64,000 nt of DNA from Macrostomum lignano (taxonomy: Eukaryota), in assembly GCA_002269645.1 (NCBI GenBank), contig NIVC01000504.1:206792-270791 (forward strand), given 5' to 3'. The notes under the pieces were generated by a model, which worked only from the letters and a program-made list of their open reading frames with translations, had not been told where the DNA came from and did no database searches. Shown in pieces: positions 12,601 to 26,035 of the stretch. Position 1 is the stretch's first letter. Each line of letters begins with the position of its first letter. Both the position numbers and the translations under genes were made by a program.

Positions 12601-12799
12601 GTTGATTTGATATTATAACTTTTACTGGTATAGTGACAGAAGCTAATTAAGATCAATATCAAACTGAACGTAAAACGTAATTCTATTTTTAAGACAATTA
12701 AAATGTTAAAATGGACGGTAAAAAAGGTCCTTGATAAATGTCAGTAACACATTAATTCACAACAGAGTCGTTCGCATAATTGCTATTTTGCTAAGCAGT

Positions 12800-14493
12800 T
12801 CAATACTGCCGCACATCCTGCTGCAAATGTCGATCCCGTTCGGTCTCCTGATCGCTCAGGTCGGCCTCGGCTGCAGCGGCTGCAGCGGCGCCCCAACCGC
12901 CTCGACTGCCCTGACCCAGACTGACCGGCTGGTCCACGGATGCCACGCCAGCAACTGCATCGAATCCTCCTCTAGAAGCCGGGACGCCCCGATTCTAACG
13001 GAAGGGAATTGATGGAGCAAAATAAGGATGGCTCAGTTAATGTCTGATCAGCACTTTCCCTTTCAGCTTTGTTTGACCTCTGACAGTGATTCCCCTCGGA
13101 GCTGTGACATCTGACAGCAATTCCCCTCGGAGCTTTGACATCTGACAGCAATTCCCCTCGGAGCTTTGACATCTGACACCAATTCCCCTCGGAGCTTTGA
13201 CATCTGACAGCAATTCCCCTCGGGGCTTTGACATCTGACAGCAATTCCCCTCGGAGCTTTGAAATCTGACAGCAATTCCCCTCTGAGCTTTGACATCTGA
13301 CAGCAATTCCCCTCGGGGCTTTGACATCTGACAGCAATTCCCCTCGGAGCTTTGAAATCTGACAGCAATTCCCCTCTGAGCTTTGACATCTGACAGCAAT
13401 TCCCCTCGGAGCTTTGACATCTGACACCAATTCCCCTCGGAGATTTGACATCTGACAGCAATTCCCGTCGGAGAGTCGGAGATTTGACATCTGACAGCTC
13501 CCGTCGGAGCTTTGACATCTGACACCAATTCCCCTCGGAGATTTGACATCTGACAGCAATTCCCGTCGGAGCTTTGACATCTGACAGCAATTCCCCTCGG
13601 AGCTTCGACATCCGACAGCGATTCCCCTCGGAGCTGTGACATCTGACAGCAATTCCCCTCGGAGCTTTGACATCTGACAGCAATTCCCTCAAAGCTTTGA
13701 CATCTGACAGCAATTCCCCTCGGAGCTTTGACATCTGACACCAATTCCCCTCGGAGATTTGACATCTGACAGCGATTCCCCTCGGAGATTTGACATCTGA
13801 CAGTGATTCCCTCGGAGCTTTGACATCTGACACCAATTCCCCTCGGAGATTTGACATCTGACAGCAATTCCCCTCGGAGCTTTGACATCTGACAGCAATT
13901 CCCGTCGGAGCTTTGACATCTGACAGCAATTCCCCTCGGAGCTTTGACATCTGACAGCAATTCCCCTCGGAGCTTTGACATCTGACAGCAATTCCCTCGG
14001 AGCTTTGACATCTGACAGCAATTCCCGTCAGAGCTTTGACATCTGACAGCAATTCCCTCGGAGTTTGATAGCAATTTAAATTTTCATTTCCTTTAGCAAC
14101 TGAAGCCCTTTCGTAACTTTCATAACTCACAGAACTGGCAGATCCGGTCGAATCGCGATGCTCTCTAGTCGACCGCTTCTGTTTAGACGCGCCAGAACGG
14201 CCGGTGCCGCCGCCCCAAGACGGCCTGCGAGGCCCGGTGACCTGGGAGGCGCTTTCAATATCCGTCACCTCCGTCATCGTAGCGTTGGTGCGGCCCGTGT
14301 TCGGAGCTGCGACTGTCGGGGTGTCACATAACACACATATTATATGCAGATTTTTTAAAAAGGGCAGACAGACAGAAAGACAGACAGACAGGCAGACAGA
14401 CAGACAGGCAGGCAGACAGGCAGGCAGGCAGACAGACAGACAGACAGACAGACAGGCAGACAGACAGGCAGACAGACAGGAAGACAGACAGAA

Positions 14494-14530
<37 letters not shown>

Positions 14531-14573
14531 GGCAGGCAGACAGGCAGGCAGACAGGCAGGAAGACAGACACAC

Positions 14574-14636
<63 letters not shown>

Positions 14637-17600
14637 CACAGACAGACAAACACACAGACAGGCAGACAGACAGACAGGCAGACAGACAGACAGACAGGCA
14701 GACAGACAGACAGACAGGCAGACAGACAGACAGACAGACAGGCAGGCAGGCAGACAGACAGGCAGACAGGCAGACAGACAGGCAGACAGGCAGACATACA
14801 GGCAGACAGACAGACAGACAGACAGGCAGACAGACAGGCAGACAGACAGGCAGACAGGCACTTACACGGCTCCAAGTCATCGTCAAGCGTGTCGGCGCGA
14901 GCTTCGCGACCATCCGCAGCAAAAGCGTCGCCTTCGCCGCTGCTGTCGCCAGAAGGTGGAAGGAATCCAAATCCGCCGCCCACACCGCCGCCGACGCCGC
15001 CAGCGTCTCGAGCCGAGTCCGTTCGCGAGGTGACAGCGGCCATGGCGGCGGCTTCCTCGTCGGAGTTGATCATGGCGAAGCAGCGGCCGCAGAAGGTCAT
15101 GCGAACCTGCGGCTCGGGGCCATCAGGCTGGCCAGTGCCGGCCCGCTGGCGGCTGGTGGCCACGGCTCTGCCCACGCCGGCGCTGCGGCGGGAGACGCGA
15201 ACGCCTTCGGCGGCCAGAGCGTCGGCGTCCTCTGAATGATTGCAGCGGTTTTTAGTTGCAACGTTCAGGGTATATTTGTAACAGAAGCCAGCTTAGTCTT
15301 AGCAACAGAATCCCAATCTATGGCAACGCAAGCTACACCCTTAGCAACGGAATCCCAATCCATAGCAAAGCAAGCTACACCCTTAGCAACAGAATCCCAA
15401 TCCATAGCAACGTAAGCTACACTCTTAGCAACAGTATTCCAAATCATGGCAACGCAAGCTACACTCTTAGCAACAGTATTCAAAATCATGGCAACACAAG
15501 CTACACCCTTAGCAACAGTATCCCGACCCATGACAACGCAAGCTAAACCCTTAGCAACAGTATCCCGACCCATGACAACGCAAGCTACACCCTTAGCAAC
15601 AGTATCCCGACCCATGACAACGCAAGCTACACCCTTAGCAACAGTATCCCGACCCATGACAACGCAAGCTACATCCTTAGCAACAGTATCCCGATCCATG
15701 ACAACGCAAGCTACATACTTAGCAACAGTATCCTGACCCATGAAAACGCAAGCTAAACCCTTAGCAACAGTATCCCGACCCATGACAACGCAAGCTACAC
15801 CCTTAGCAACAGTATCCCGACCCATGACAACGCAAGCTACACCCTTAGCAACAGTATCCCGACCCATGACAACGCAAGCTACATCCTTAGCAACAGTATC
15901 CCGATCCATGACAACGCAAGCTACATCCTTAGCAACAGTATCCCGACCCATGACAACGCAAGCTACATCCTTAGCAACAGTATCCCGACCCATGACAACG
16001 CAAGCTACACCCTTAGCAACAGTATCCCGATCCATGACAACGCAAGCTACATCCTTAGCAACAGTATCCCGACCCATGACAACGCAAGCTACATCCTTAG
16101 CAACAGTATCCCGACCCATGACAACGCTAGCTACACCCTTAGCAACATAATCCCGACACATTGCAACACAAGCTACAGCCTTAGCAACGAATCCTGAACC
16201 ATAGCAACGCAAGCTACACCCTTAGCAACAGTATCCCGATCCATAGAAACGCAACCAGACGCTTTAGCAACAGAACTTCAACATATAGCAACAGACGCTA
16301 AGGCCTCGGCAACAACAACTAAAAAAAGTTTGAAAGAATAAAACCAGACTGAGAAAAAACACCACAATTAGTAAACGCGCACCCATAAGCAGAACTCCAT
16401 CAGCTTCAAAGTCGTCCTCATCAGCTCCGCTACCAATCGCTGAGTCTGTCGATTTGCCAGCAGCGGCAGCAGTAGTACTAGTCTCGGCTAACTGTCTCAT
16501 TCGAGCTTCTCTAGCAGCTTGTCTAGCAGCCATAGCACTTCGATGCCGAGATCCTCTAGCAGAGAGTACAGCATCTGTGTCTCCGACACTGGAACCCTGA
16601 TCTTTGTCAGCAGCGCCAGAGTTCGCATCTGGTGCTCCTCTAGCCAGACGGAATTCCGATCCGAGAATATCAGCTTCCGCCTCGGCTACTGCCGTCGCCG
16701 TTGTCGGCGCTTCAGCCGCAGAGGCAGCCTCCCCGGCTGACCATAAATAGTTGTTGCCAGCCGTAGCTGAGTTAAACGGGTCCGGCTGGGTCAGGGAGGC
16801 GCGAGGCTGCTTCTGCTGATGGCGCTGTCGCTGAATAGGTAGATTTGGGGCGATTCTCATAGGTAGGTTTGGAGCTATTCTCACAAGTAGATTTAGGGCG
16901 ATTCTTACAGGTAGAGTTGGGGCGATTCTCATAGGTAGATTTTAGGCGATTTTCACAAGTAGATTTGGGGCGATTCACACAGGTAGATTTGGAGCGATTC
17001 TCATAGGTAGATTTTAGGCGATTTTCACAGGTAGATTTGGGGCGATTCTCACAGGTAGATTTGGAGCGATTCTCATATGTAGATTTTAGGCGATTTTCAC
17101 AGGTAGATTTGGGGCGATTCTCACAGGTAGATTTGGAGCGATTCTCATAGGTAGATTTGGGGCGATTCTCATAGGTAGATTTGGGGCGATTCTCACAGGT
17201 AGATTTGGGGCGATTCTCACAGGTAGATTTGGAGCGATTCTCATAGGTAGATTTGGGGCGATTCTCATAGGTAGATTTGGGGCGATTCTCACAGGTAGAT
17301 TTGGGGCGATTCTCACAGGTCAGAGTTGGGGCGATTCTCACAGGTCAGAGTTGGGGCGATTCTCACAGGTCAGAGTTGGGGCGATTCTTAGAGGGTAGAG
17401 TTGGGGCGACTATCACAGGTAGATTTGGGGCGATTCTCACAGGTAGGTTTGGAGCGATTCCCACAAGTAGATTTAGGGCGATTCTTACAGGTAGAGTTGG
17501 GGCGATTCTCACAGGTAGAGTTGTGGCGATTCTTAAAGGGTAGAGTTGGGGCGATTCTCACAGGTAGATTTGGGGCGATTCTCACAGGTAGATTTGGGGC

Positions 17601-18673
17601 GATTCTTACAGGTTGATTTGGGGCGATACTAACAGGTTGATTTGGGGCGATTCTCACAGGTCAGAGTTGGGGCGATTCTCACAGGTCAGAGTTGGGGCGA
17701 TTCTCACAGGTCAGAGTTGGGGCGATTCTCACAGGTCAGAGTTGGGGCGATTCTTAGAGGGTAGAGTTGGGGCGACTATCACAGGTAGATTTGGGGCGAT
17801 TCTCACAGGTAGGTTTGGAGCGATTCCCACAAGTAGATTTAGGGCGATTCTTACAGGTAGAGTTGGGGCGATTCTCACAGGTAGAGTTGTGGCGATTCTT
17901 AAAGGGTAGAGTTGGGGCGATTCTCACAGGTAGATTTGGGGCGATTCTCACAGGTAGATTTGGGGCGATTCTTACAGGTTGATTTGGGGCGATACTAACA
18001 GGTTGATTTGGGGCGATTCTCACAGGTTGATTTGGGGCGATTCTCACAGGTTGATTTGGGGCGATTCTCACAGGTTGATTTGGGGCGATTCTCACAGGTA
18101 TATTTGGAGCGATTCTCACAGGTTGATTTGGGGCGATTCTCACAGGTAGGTTTGGAGCGATACTCACAAGTAGATTTAGGGCGATTCTTACAGGTAGAGT
18201 TGGGGCGATTCTCACAGGTAGATTTGGGGTGATTCTCACAGGTAGATTTGGGGCGATTCTCATAGATAGACTCTCACCTCAAAAGCGCTATAATCAGCCA
18301 TAGAGGCGGCCACATTGCCGGAGCTGGACTTTCTCATGCCGCCAGGCTTGCTACTACTAGTAGTCAGCCAAGGTTTATCATAGGATCTGGTGCCGCTCGA
18401 AGCGCCGACGCCTACAGTAGCCGACATCGATTTCGCCGGCGCCGCAGTCGACGGCCTGAGAGGCGCCGACATGGCCGGAGACGCGCTGAATTCCGACCCC
18501 TGTTTTAAAAGTCCCCGATCAGAGGCCTTGCGCTGCAGTGAACGCATCAGATGAAGCAGGGGCTCCTGCGGTTGATCGCGAATTAAACTAGCCATTAATT
18601 CTTCGAATAGGGCGCCAACTCGATGGTGTTGAAGGTAGGCTTGCGCGCTGGATTGTCTGACCGCCGAGCTCAT
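12800..18673 (-). CDS. C8orf34: C8orf34 (VEST1) orthologue with N-terminal RIIa/Dpy-30-like docking domain, 5 exons, 528 aa
   Basis: Exons 18673-18278, 16830-16383, 15231-14866, 14312-14131 and 12994-12800, all GT-AG, phases 0,1,1,0, summing to 1587 nt. [43 protein letters not shown] and EPQVRMTFCGRC match motifs recalled from human C8orf34 ([56 protein letters not shown]). Confidence 0.88.
13070..14065. repeat. 31-bp minisatellite (ctttgacatctgacagcaattcccctcggag)n in C8orf34 intron 4
   Basis: About 32 tandem units. Confidence 0.95.
14365..14860. repeat. (GACA/GGCA)n microsatellite filling C8orf34 intron 3
   Basis: Tetranucleotide array starting directly after the gtaagt donor. Confidence 0.95.
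15270..16290. repeat. 42-bp minisatellite in C8orf34 intron 2
   Basis: cttagcaacagtatcccgacccatgacaacgcaagctacacc units, degenerate at both ends. Confidence 0.95.
16836..18263. repeat. 24-bp minisatellite (aggtagatttggggcgattctcac)n filling C8orf34 intron 1
   Basis: About 59 units, including an internal ~366-bp block duplication (ORFs 17401 and 17767 are identical and 366 bp apart). Confidence 0.95.
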
Positions 18674-18849
18674 TGTCGGTTGTTATGGTTTATGATTGTA
18701 TAGGCAAACATGAAATTATTTATTAATGATCAACATATTGAATTTGATTTCAATAGTCATACAGTATTAGAATTTTTTAAATCCAGTTTTCACACCTCAA
18801 GATGTAGCAAATGAGCGATAATAAAACTTAAACTCCACCTCTTTAATTA

Positions 18850-21800
18850 GCAACGCAGCTATAATCATAAAACTTCCTCCTCCCCATATTTTCACACACC
18901 TGTACAATTAGCCTCAAAGCTATAATCATAAAACTTCGACCAACCCATATCTTCACACACCTGTACAATTAGCCTCAAAGCTATAATCATAAAACTTCCT
19001 CCTCCCCATATCTTCACACACCTGTACAATTAGCCTCAAAGCTATAATCATAAAACTTCGACCAACCCATATTTTCACACACCTGTACAATTAGCCTCAA
19101 AGCTATAATCATAAAACTTCGACCAACCCATATTTTCACACACCTGTACAATTAGCCTCAAAGCTATAATCATAAAACTTCGACCAACCCATATTTTCAC
19201 ACACCTGTATAATCAGCGTCAAAGCTATAATCATAAAACTTCATCCTCCCCATATTTTCACACACCTGTACAATTACCCTCAAAGCTATAATCATAAAAC
19301 TTCGACCAACCCATATTTTCACACACCTGTACAATTAGTCTCAAAGCTATAATCATAAAACTTCAATCAACCCATATTTTCACACACCTGTACATTTAGC
19401 CTCAAAGCTATAATCATAAAACTTCGACCAACCCATATTTTCACACACCTGTACAATTAGCCTCAAAGCTATAATCATAAAACTTCATCCTCCCCATATT
19501 TTCACACACCTGTACAATTACCCTCAAAGCTATAATCATAAAACTTCGACCAACCCATATTTTCACACACCTGTACAATTAGTCTCAAAGCTATAATCAT
19601 AAAACTTCGACCAACCCATATTTTCACACACCTGTACATTTAGCCTCAAAGCTATAATCATAAAACTTCGACCAACCCATATTTCACACACCTGTACAAT
19701 TAGCCTCAAAGCTATAATCATAAAACTTCGACCAACCCATATTTTCACACACCTGTACATTTAGCCTCAAAGCTATAATCATAAAACTTCAATCAACCCA
19801 TATTTTCACACACCTGTACAATTAGCCTCAAAGCTATAATCATAAAACTTCGACCAACCCATATTTTCACACACCTGTACATTTAGCCTCAAAGCTATAA
19901 TCATAAAACTTCGACCAACCCATATTTTCACACACCTGTACAATTAGCCTCAAAGCTATAATCATAAAACTTCGACCAACCCATATTTTCACACACCTGT
20001 ACAATTAGCCTCAAAGCTATAATCATAAAACTTCATCCTCCCCATATTTTCACACACCTGTACAATTACCTCAAAGCTATAATCATAAAACTTCGACCAA
20101 CCCATATTTTCACACACCTGTACAATTAGTCTCAAAGCTATAATCATAAAACTTCATCATCCCCATATTTTCACACACCTGTACAATTAGTCTCAAAGCT
20201 ATAATCATAAAACTTCGACCAACCCATATTTTCACACACCTGTATAATTAGCCTCAAAGCTATAATCATAAAACTTCGACCAACCCATATTTTCACACAC
20301 CTGTACATTTAGCCTCAAAGCTATAATCATAAAACTTCGACCAACCCATATTTTCACACACCTGTACAATTAGCCTCAAAGCTATAATCATAAAACTTCG
20401 ACCAACCCATATTTTCACACACCTGTATAATCAGCGTCAAAGCTATAATCATAAAACTTCGACCAAACCATATTTTCACACACCTGTACAATCAGCCTCA
20501 AAGCTACAATCATAAAACTTCGACCAACCCATATTTTCACACACCTGTACAATTAGCCTCAAAGCTACAATCATAAAACTTCGACCAAACCATATTTTCA
20601 CACACCTGTACAATCAGCCTCAAAGCTACAATCATAAAACTTCGACCAACCCATATTTTCACACACCTGTACAATTAGCCTCAAAGCTATAATCATAAAA
20701 CTTCATCCTCCCATATTTTCACACACCTGTACAATTACCTCAAAGCTATAATCATAAAACTTCGACCAACCCATATTTTCACACACCTGTACAATTAGTC
20801 TCAAAGCTATAATCATAAAACTTCGACCAACCCATATTTTCACACACCTGTACATTTAGCCTCAAAGCTATAATCATAAAACTTCGACCAACCCATATTT
20901 CACACACCTGTACAATTAGCCTCAAAGCTATAATCATAAAACTTCGACCAACCCATATTTTCACACACCTGTACATTTAGCCTCAAAGCTATAATCATAA
21001 AACTTCAATCAACCCATATTTTCACACACCTGTACAATTAGCCTCAAAGCTATAATCATAAAACTTCGACCAACCCATATTTTCACACACCTGTACATTT
21101 AGCCTCAAAGCTATAATCATAAAACTTCGACCAACCCATATTTTCACACACCTGTACAATTAGTCTCAAAGCTATAATCATAAAACTTCAATCAACCCAT
21201 ATTTTCACACACCTGTACAATTAGCCTCAAAGTTATAATCATAAAACTTCATCCTCCCCATATTTTCACACACCTGTACAATTACCCTCAAAGCTATAAT
21301 CATAAAACTTCGACCAACCCATATTTTCACACACCTGTACAATTAGTCTCAAAGCTATAATCATAAAACTTCGACCAACCCATATTTTCACACACCTGTA
21401 CATTTAGCCTCAAAGCTATAATCATAAAACTTCGACCAACCCATATCTTCACACACCTGTACAATTAGCCTCAAAGCTATAATCATAAAACTTCGACCAA
21501 CCCATATTTTCACACACCTGTACATTTAGCCTCAAAGCTATAATCATAAAACTTCAATCAACCCATATTTTCACACACCTGTACAATTAGCCTCAAAGCT
21601 ATAATCATAAAACTTCGACCAACCCATATTTTCACACACCTGTACATTTAGCCTCAAAGCTATAATCATAAAACTTCGACAAACCCATATTTTCACACAC
21701 CTGTACAATTAGCCTCAAAGCTATAATCATAAAACTTCGACCAACCCATATTTTCACACACCTGTACAATTAGCCTCAAAGCTATAATCATAAAACTTCA

Positions 21801-23650
21801 TCCTCCCATATTTTCACACACCTGTACAATTACCCTCAAAGCTATAATCATAAAACTTCGACCAACCCATATTTTCACACACCTGTACAATTAGTCTCAA
21901 AGCTATAATCATAAAACTTCAATCAACCCATATTTTCACACACCTGTACATTTAGCCTCAAAGCTATAATCATAAAACTTCGACCAACCCATATCTTCAC
22001 ACACCTGTACAATTAGCCTCAAAGCTATAATCATAAAACTTCGACCAACCCATATTTTCACACACCTGTACATTTAGCCTCAAAGCTATAATCATAAAAC
22101 TTCAATCAACCCATATTTTCACACACCTGTACAATTAGCCTCAAAGCTATAATCATAAAACTTCGACCAACCCATATTTTCACACACCTGTACATTTAGC
22201 CTCAAAGCTATAATCATAAAACTTCGACCAACCCATATTTTCACACACCTGTACAATTAGCCTCAAAGCTATAATCATAAAACTTCGACCAACCCATATT
22301 TTCACACACCTGTACAATTAGCCTCAAAGCTATAATCATAAAACTTCATCCTCCCATATTTTCACACACCTGTACAATTACCCTCAAAGCTATAATCATA
22401 AAACTTCGACCAACCCATATTTTCACACACCTGTACAATTAGTCTCAAAGCTATAATCATAAAACTTCATCATCCCCATATTTTCACACACCTGTACAAT
22501 TAGTCTCAAAGCTATAATCATAAAACTTCGACCAACCCATATTTTCACACACCTGTATAATTAGCCTCAAAGCTATAATCATAAAACTTCAATCAACCCA
22601 TATTTTCACACACCTGTACAATTAGCCTCAAAGCTATAATCATAAAACTTCGACCAACCCATATTTTCACACACCTGTACAATTAGCCTCAAAGCTATAA
22701 TCATAAAACTTCGACCAACCCATATTTTCACACACCTGTATAATCAGCGTCAAAGCTATAATCATAAAACTTCGACCAAACCATATTTTCACACACCTGT
22801 ACAATCAGCCTCAAAGCTACAATCATAAAACTTCGACCAACCCATATTTTCACACACCTGTACAATTAGCCTCAAAGCTACAATCATAAAACTTCGACCA
22901 AACCATATTTTCACACACCTGTACAATCAGCCTCAAAGCTACAATCATAAAACTTCGACCAAACCATATATTCACACACCTGTACAATTAGCCTCAAAGC
23001 TATAATCATAAAACTTCATCCTCCCCATATTTTCACACACCTGTACAATTACCCTCAAAGCTATAATCATAAAACTTCGACCAACCCATATTTTCACACA
23101 CCTGTACAATTAGTCTCAAAGCTATAATCATAAAACTTCGACCAACCCATATTTTCACACACCTGTACATTTAGCCTCAAAGCTATAATCATAAAACTTC
23201 GACCAACCCATATCTTCACACACCTGTACAATTAGCCTCAAAGCTATAATCATAAAACTTCGACCAACCCATATTTTCACACACCTGTACATTTAGCCTC
23301 AAAGCTATAATCATAAAACTTCAATCAACCCATATTTTCACACACCTGTACAATTAGCCTCAAAGCTATAATCATAAAACTTCGACCAACCCATATTTTC
23401 ACACACCTGTACATTTAGCCTCAAAGCTATAATCATAAAACTTCGACCAACCCATATTTTCACACACCTGTACAATTAGCCTCAAAGCTATAATCATAAA
23501 ACTTCGACCAACCCATATTTTCACACACCTGTACAATTAGCCTCAAAGCTATAATCATAAAACTTCGACCAACCCATATCTTCACACACCTGTACATTTA
23601 GCCTTTAAAGCTATAATCATAAAACTCCCCCCCATATTTTCACACACCAT
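18850..23650. repeat. 61-bp satellite array (~78 units) with higher-order structure
   Basis: Unit aaagctataatcataaaacttcgaccaacccatattttcacacacctgtacaattagcctc; period 61 is visible as a 1-nt shift per 60-nt line. Confidence 0.97.
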
Positions 23651-24224
23651 ATTTTCTCCTCCAACGGAGAAGTTCCACTCGTAAAGACTAAGTCTGCAGC
23701 AATCTTAGTTTTGAAACCAAAACTACGCCCGTCAATTAATTTTAAATAACTAACAACACAAACAAAACAGGTGATAACACGAACAATAAAAACGAAGCAA
23801 ACGATACGCTTGTATAATTTTTATTGCTAGGAGAAAAACGATTTTTTATCAACCGAGAAGACAAAAACGTACGCGGGAATAGAAATGAACTTTTTTTCTA
23901 TATTACGATTATTTTAACAGACTAACAACATTGAATCTGCTCAAAAAGTGATAAAAGAGGAAAACTTTTAAACGCGAACTGCAAAAAACGTACGCAACGA
24001 AACGCACAGAAAAATTATCGCATAATACTAAAAAACCGAACAAAACATTTGGAGATTGCGTTCAACAGATGATGCGGCATAATATAGGCAAACACAAAAT
24101 AATACGACAACTGTTAGTTAAAACACTGAAGCTCAGTATGCATTCATATTTGAAATTAGGCACTTATAATACATTGCCTAATTATCAAACATGCGTGTGC
24201 CATTATGAAAGTCTGATGGTTTAG

Positions 24225-24838
24225 CAACTGAGGATTTGGGAGGCTGGCTCAGCAACTGAGGACCAGGGAGGCTGGCCTAGCAACTGAGGACCAGGGAGGC
24301 TGGCCTAGCAACTGAGGATCTGGGAGGCTGGTGGCCCAGCAACTGAGGATCTGGGAGGCTGGTGGCCCAGCAACTGAGGATCTGGGAGGCTGGTGGCCCA
24401 GCAACTGAGGATCTGGGAGGCTGGTGGCCCAGCAACTGAGGACCAGGGAGGCTGGTGGCCCAGCAACTGAGGACCAGGGAGGCTGGCCTAGCAACTGAGG
24501 ATCTGGGAGGCTGGTGGCCCAGAAACTGAGGATCTGGGAGGCTGGTGGCCCAGCAACTGAGGATCTGGGAGGCTGGTGGCCCAGCAACTGAGGATCTGGG
24601 AGGCTGGTGGCCCAGCAACTGAGGATCTGGGAGGCTGGTGGCCCAGCAACTGAGGATCTGGGAGGCTGGTGGCCCAGCAACTGAGGATCTGGGAGGCTGG
24701 TGGCCCAGCAACTGAGGATCTGGGAGGCTGGTGGCCCAGCAACTGAGGATCTGGGAGGCTGGTGGCCCAGCAACTGAGGATCTGGGAGGCTGGTGGCCCA
24801 GCAACTGAGGATCTGGTAGGCTGGTGGCCCAGCAACTG
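24225..24838. repeat. 31-bp GC-rich minisatellite (cagcaactgaggatctgggaggctggtggcc)n
   Basis: About 19 tandem units; explains three repeat ORFs. Confidence 0.95.
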
Positions 24839-25409
24839 ACGATCATGGAGGCACAATGACGTCGCACTACAGTAGACAGTTTTTTTACTGGAAAAAAAGT
24901 AAAGTAGAAAAAATACACATTAATATCTTTTATTAAAAAACGCCACACAGAAGTATTGCAGCATACTAACTGTTGTTATAATGCATTGAAAAAAAACTTG
25001 AGTCATAAAACGCATTGAATTTTTAGTAGAAAACATTGATTCCAACGCTGGCTATTAGCTGGAGTGCTATGCATACTATATCAATATTTGATAAATACGG
25101 GAAAAATTGAAAAACAAACTTTCGAACAAACCGGGAATTAAAAACTGAAACAAAAATTATGAGCAAGGAATGACAGAGCAAGAACATACCGATCCACTCA
25201 CAAAATCAGTCAGTAACTTTTGGAGTAATAGTATACTAGAAAAGATATACTACCTCAGACATAATTGCTTATGAATCCAGTGTCAATTGCAACTGATTTT
25301 TTTCTGCGAGACTTTTCTGCTGATATTTTTAATAGCGTATCAATTAATCAATAGTCCTACATGCATCTAACAATGTCTCAACATTAAAGTCAATTAATTT
25401 ATCAGTATG

Positions 25410-25880
25410 TAGTCTATCAACTTATCAATCTTCTAGTTTATCAACTCATCAATATTCTAGTCTATCAACTCATCAATATTCTAGTTTATCAACTCATCAA
25501 TATTCTAGTTTATCAACTCATCAATATTCTAGTTTATCAACTCATCAATATTCTAGTTTATCAACTCATCAATATTCTAGTTTATCAACTCATCAATATT
25601 CTAGTTTATCAACTCATCAATATTCTAGTTTATCAACTCATCAATATTCTAGTTTATCAACTCATCAATATTCTAGTTTATCAACTCATCAATATTCTAG
25701 TTTATCAACTCATCAATCTTCTAGTTAACCAACTCATCAATATTCTAGTTTACCAACTCATCAATCTTTTAGTTATTAACCTATCAATCTTCTAGTTTAT
25801 CAATTCATCAATCTAGTTTATCAACTCATCAATATTCTAGTTTATCAACTCATTAATCTTTTAGTTTATCAACTTATTAA
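25410..25880. repeat. 24-bp AT-rich minisatellite (tcaactcatcaatattctagttta)n downstream of G6PD
   Basis: About 19 tandem units. Confidence 0.95.
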
Positions 25881-26035
25881 TCTTAATTTTCAAAAAAAAA
25901 ATAATCAAAGCGTTTATAAACTTACGGCCTTTTTTACCCTAACTGTGAAGTAATAAAATAAAGAGAATAATGATTTTAGCCAAAATTATTTAGCATTAGC
26001 TGTCAATCATTTAGAAACGGAAGGCTTCTTTTTCA

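Noticed and set aside
11740-23650. CRISPR-like appearance of regular repeats (49-bp, 61-bp, 24-bp arrays)
   Set aside because: Units are head-to-tail with no unique spacers, there are no cas genes, and the context is eukaryotic.
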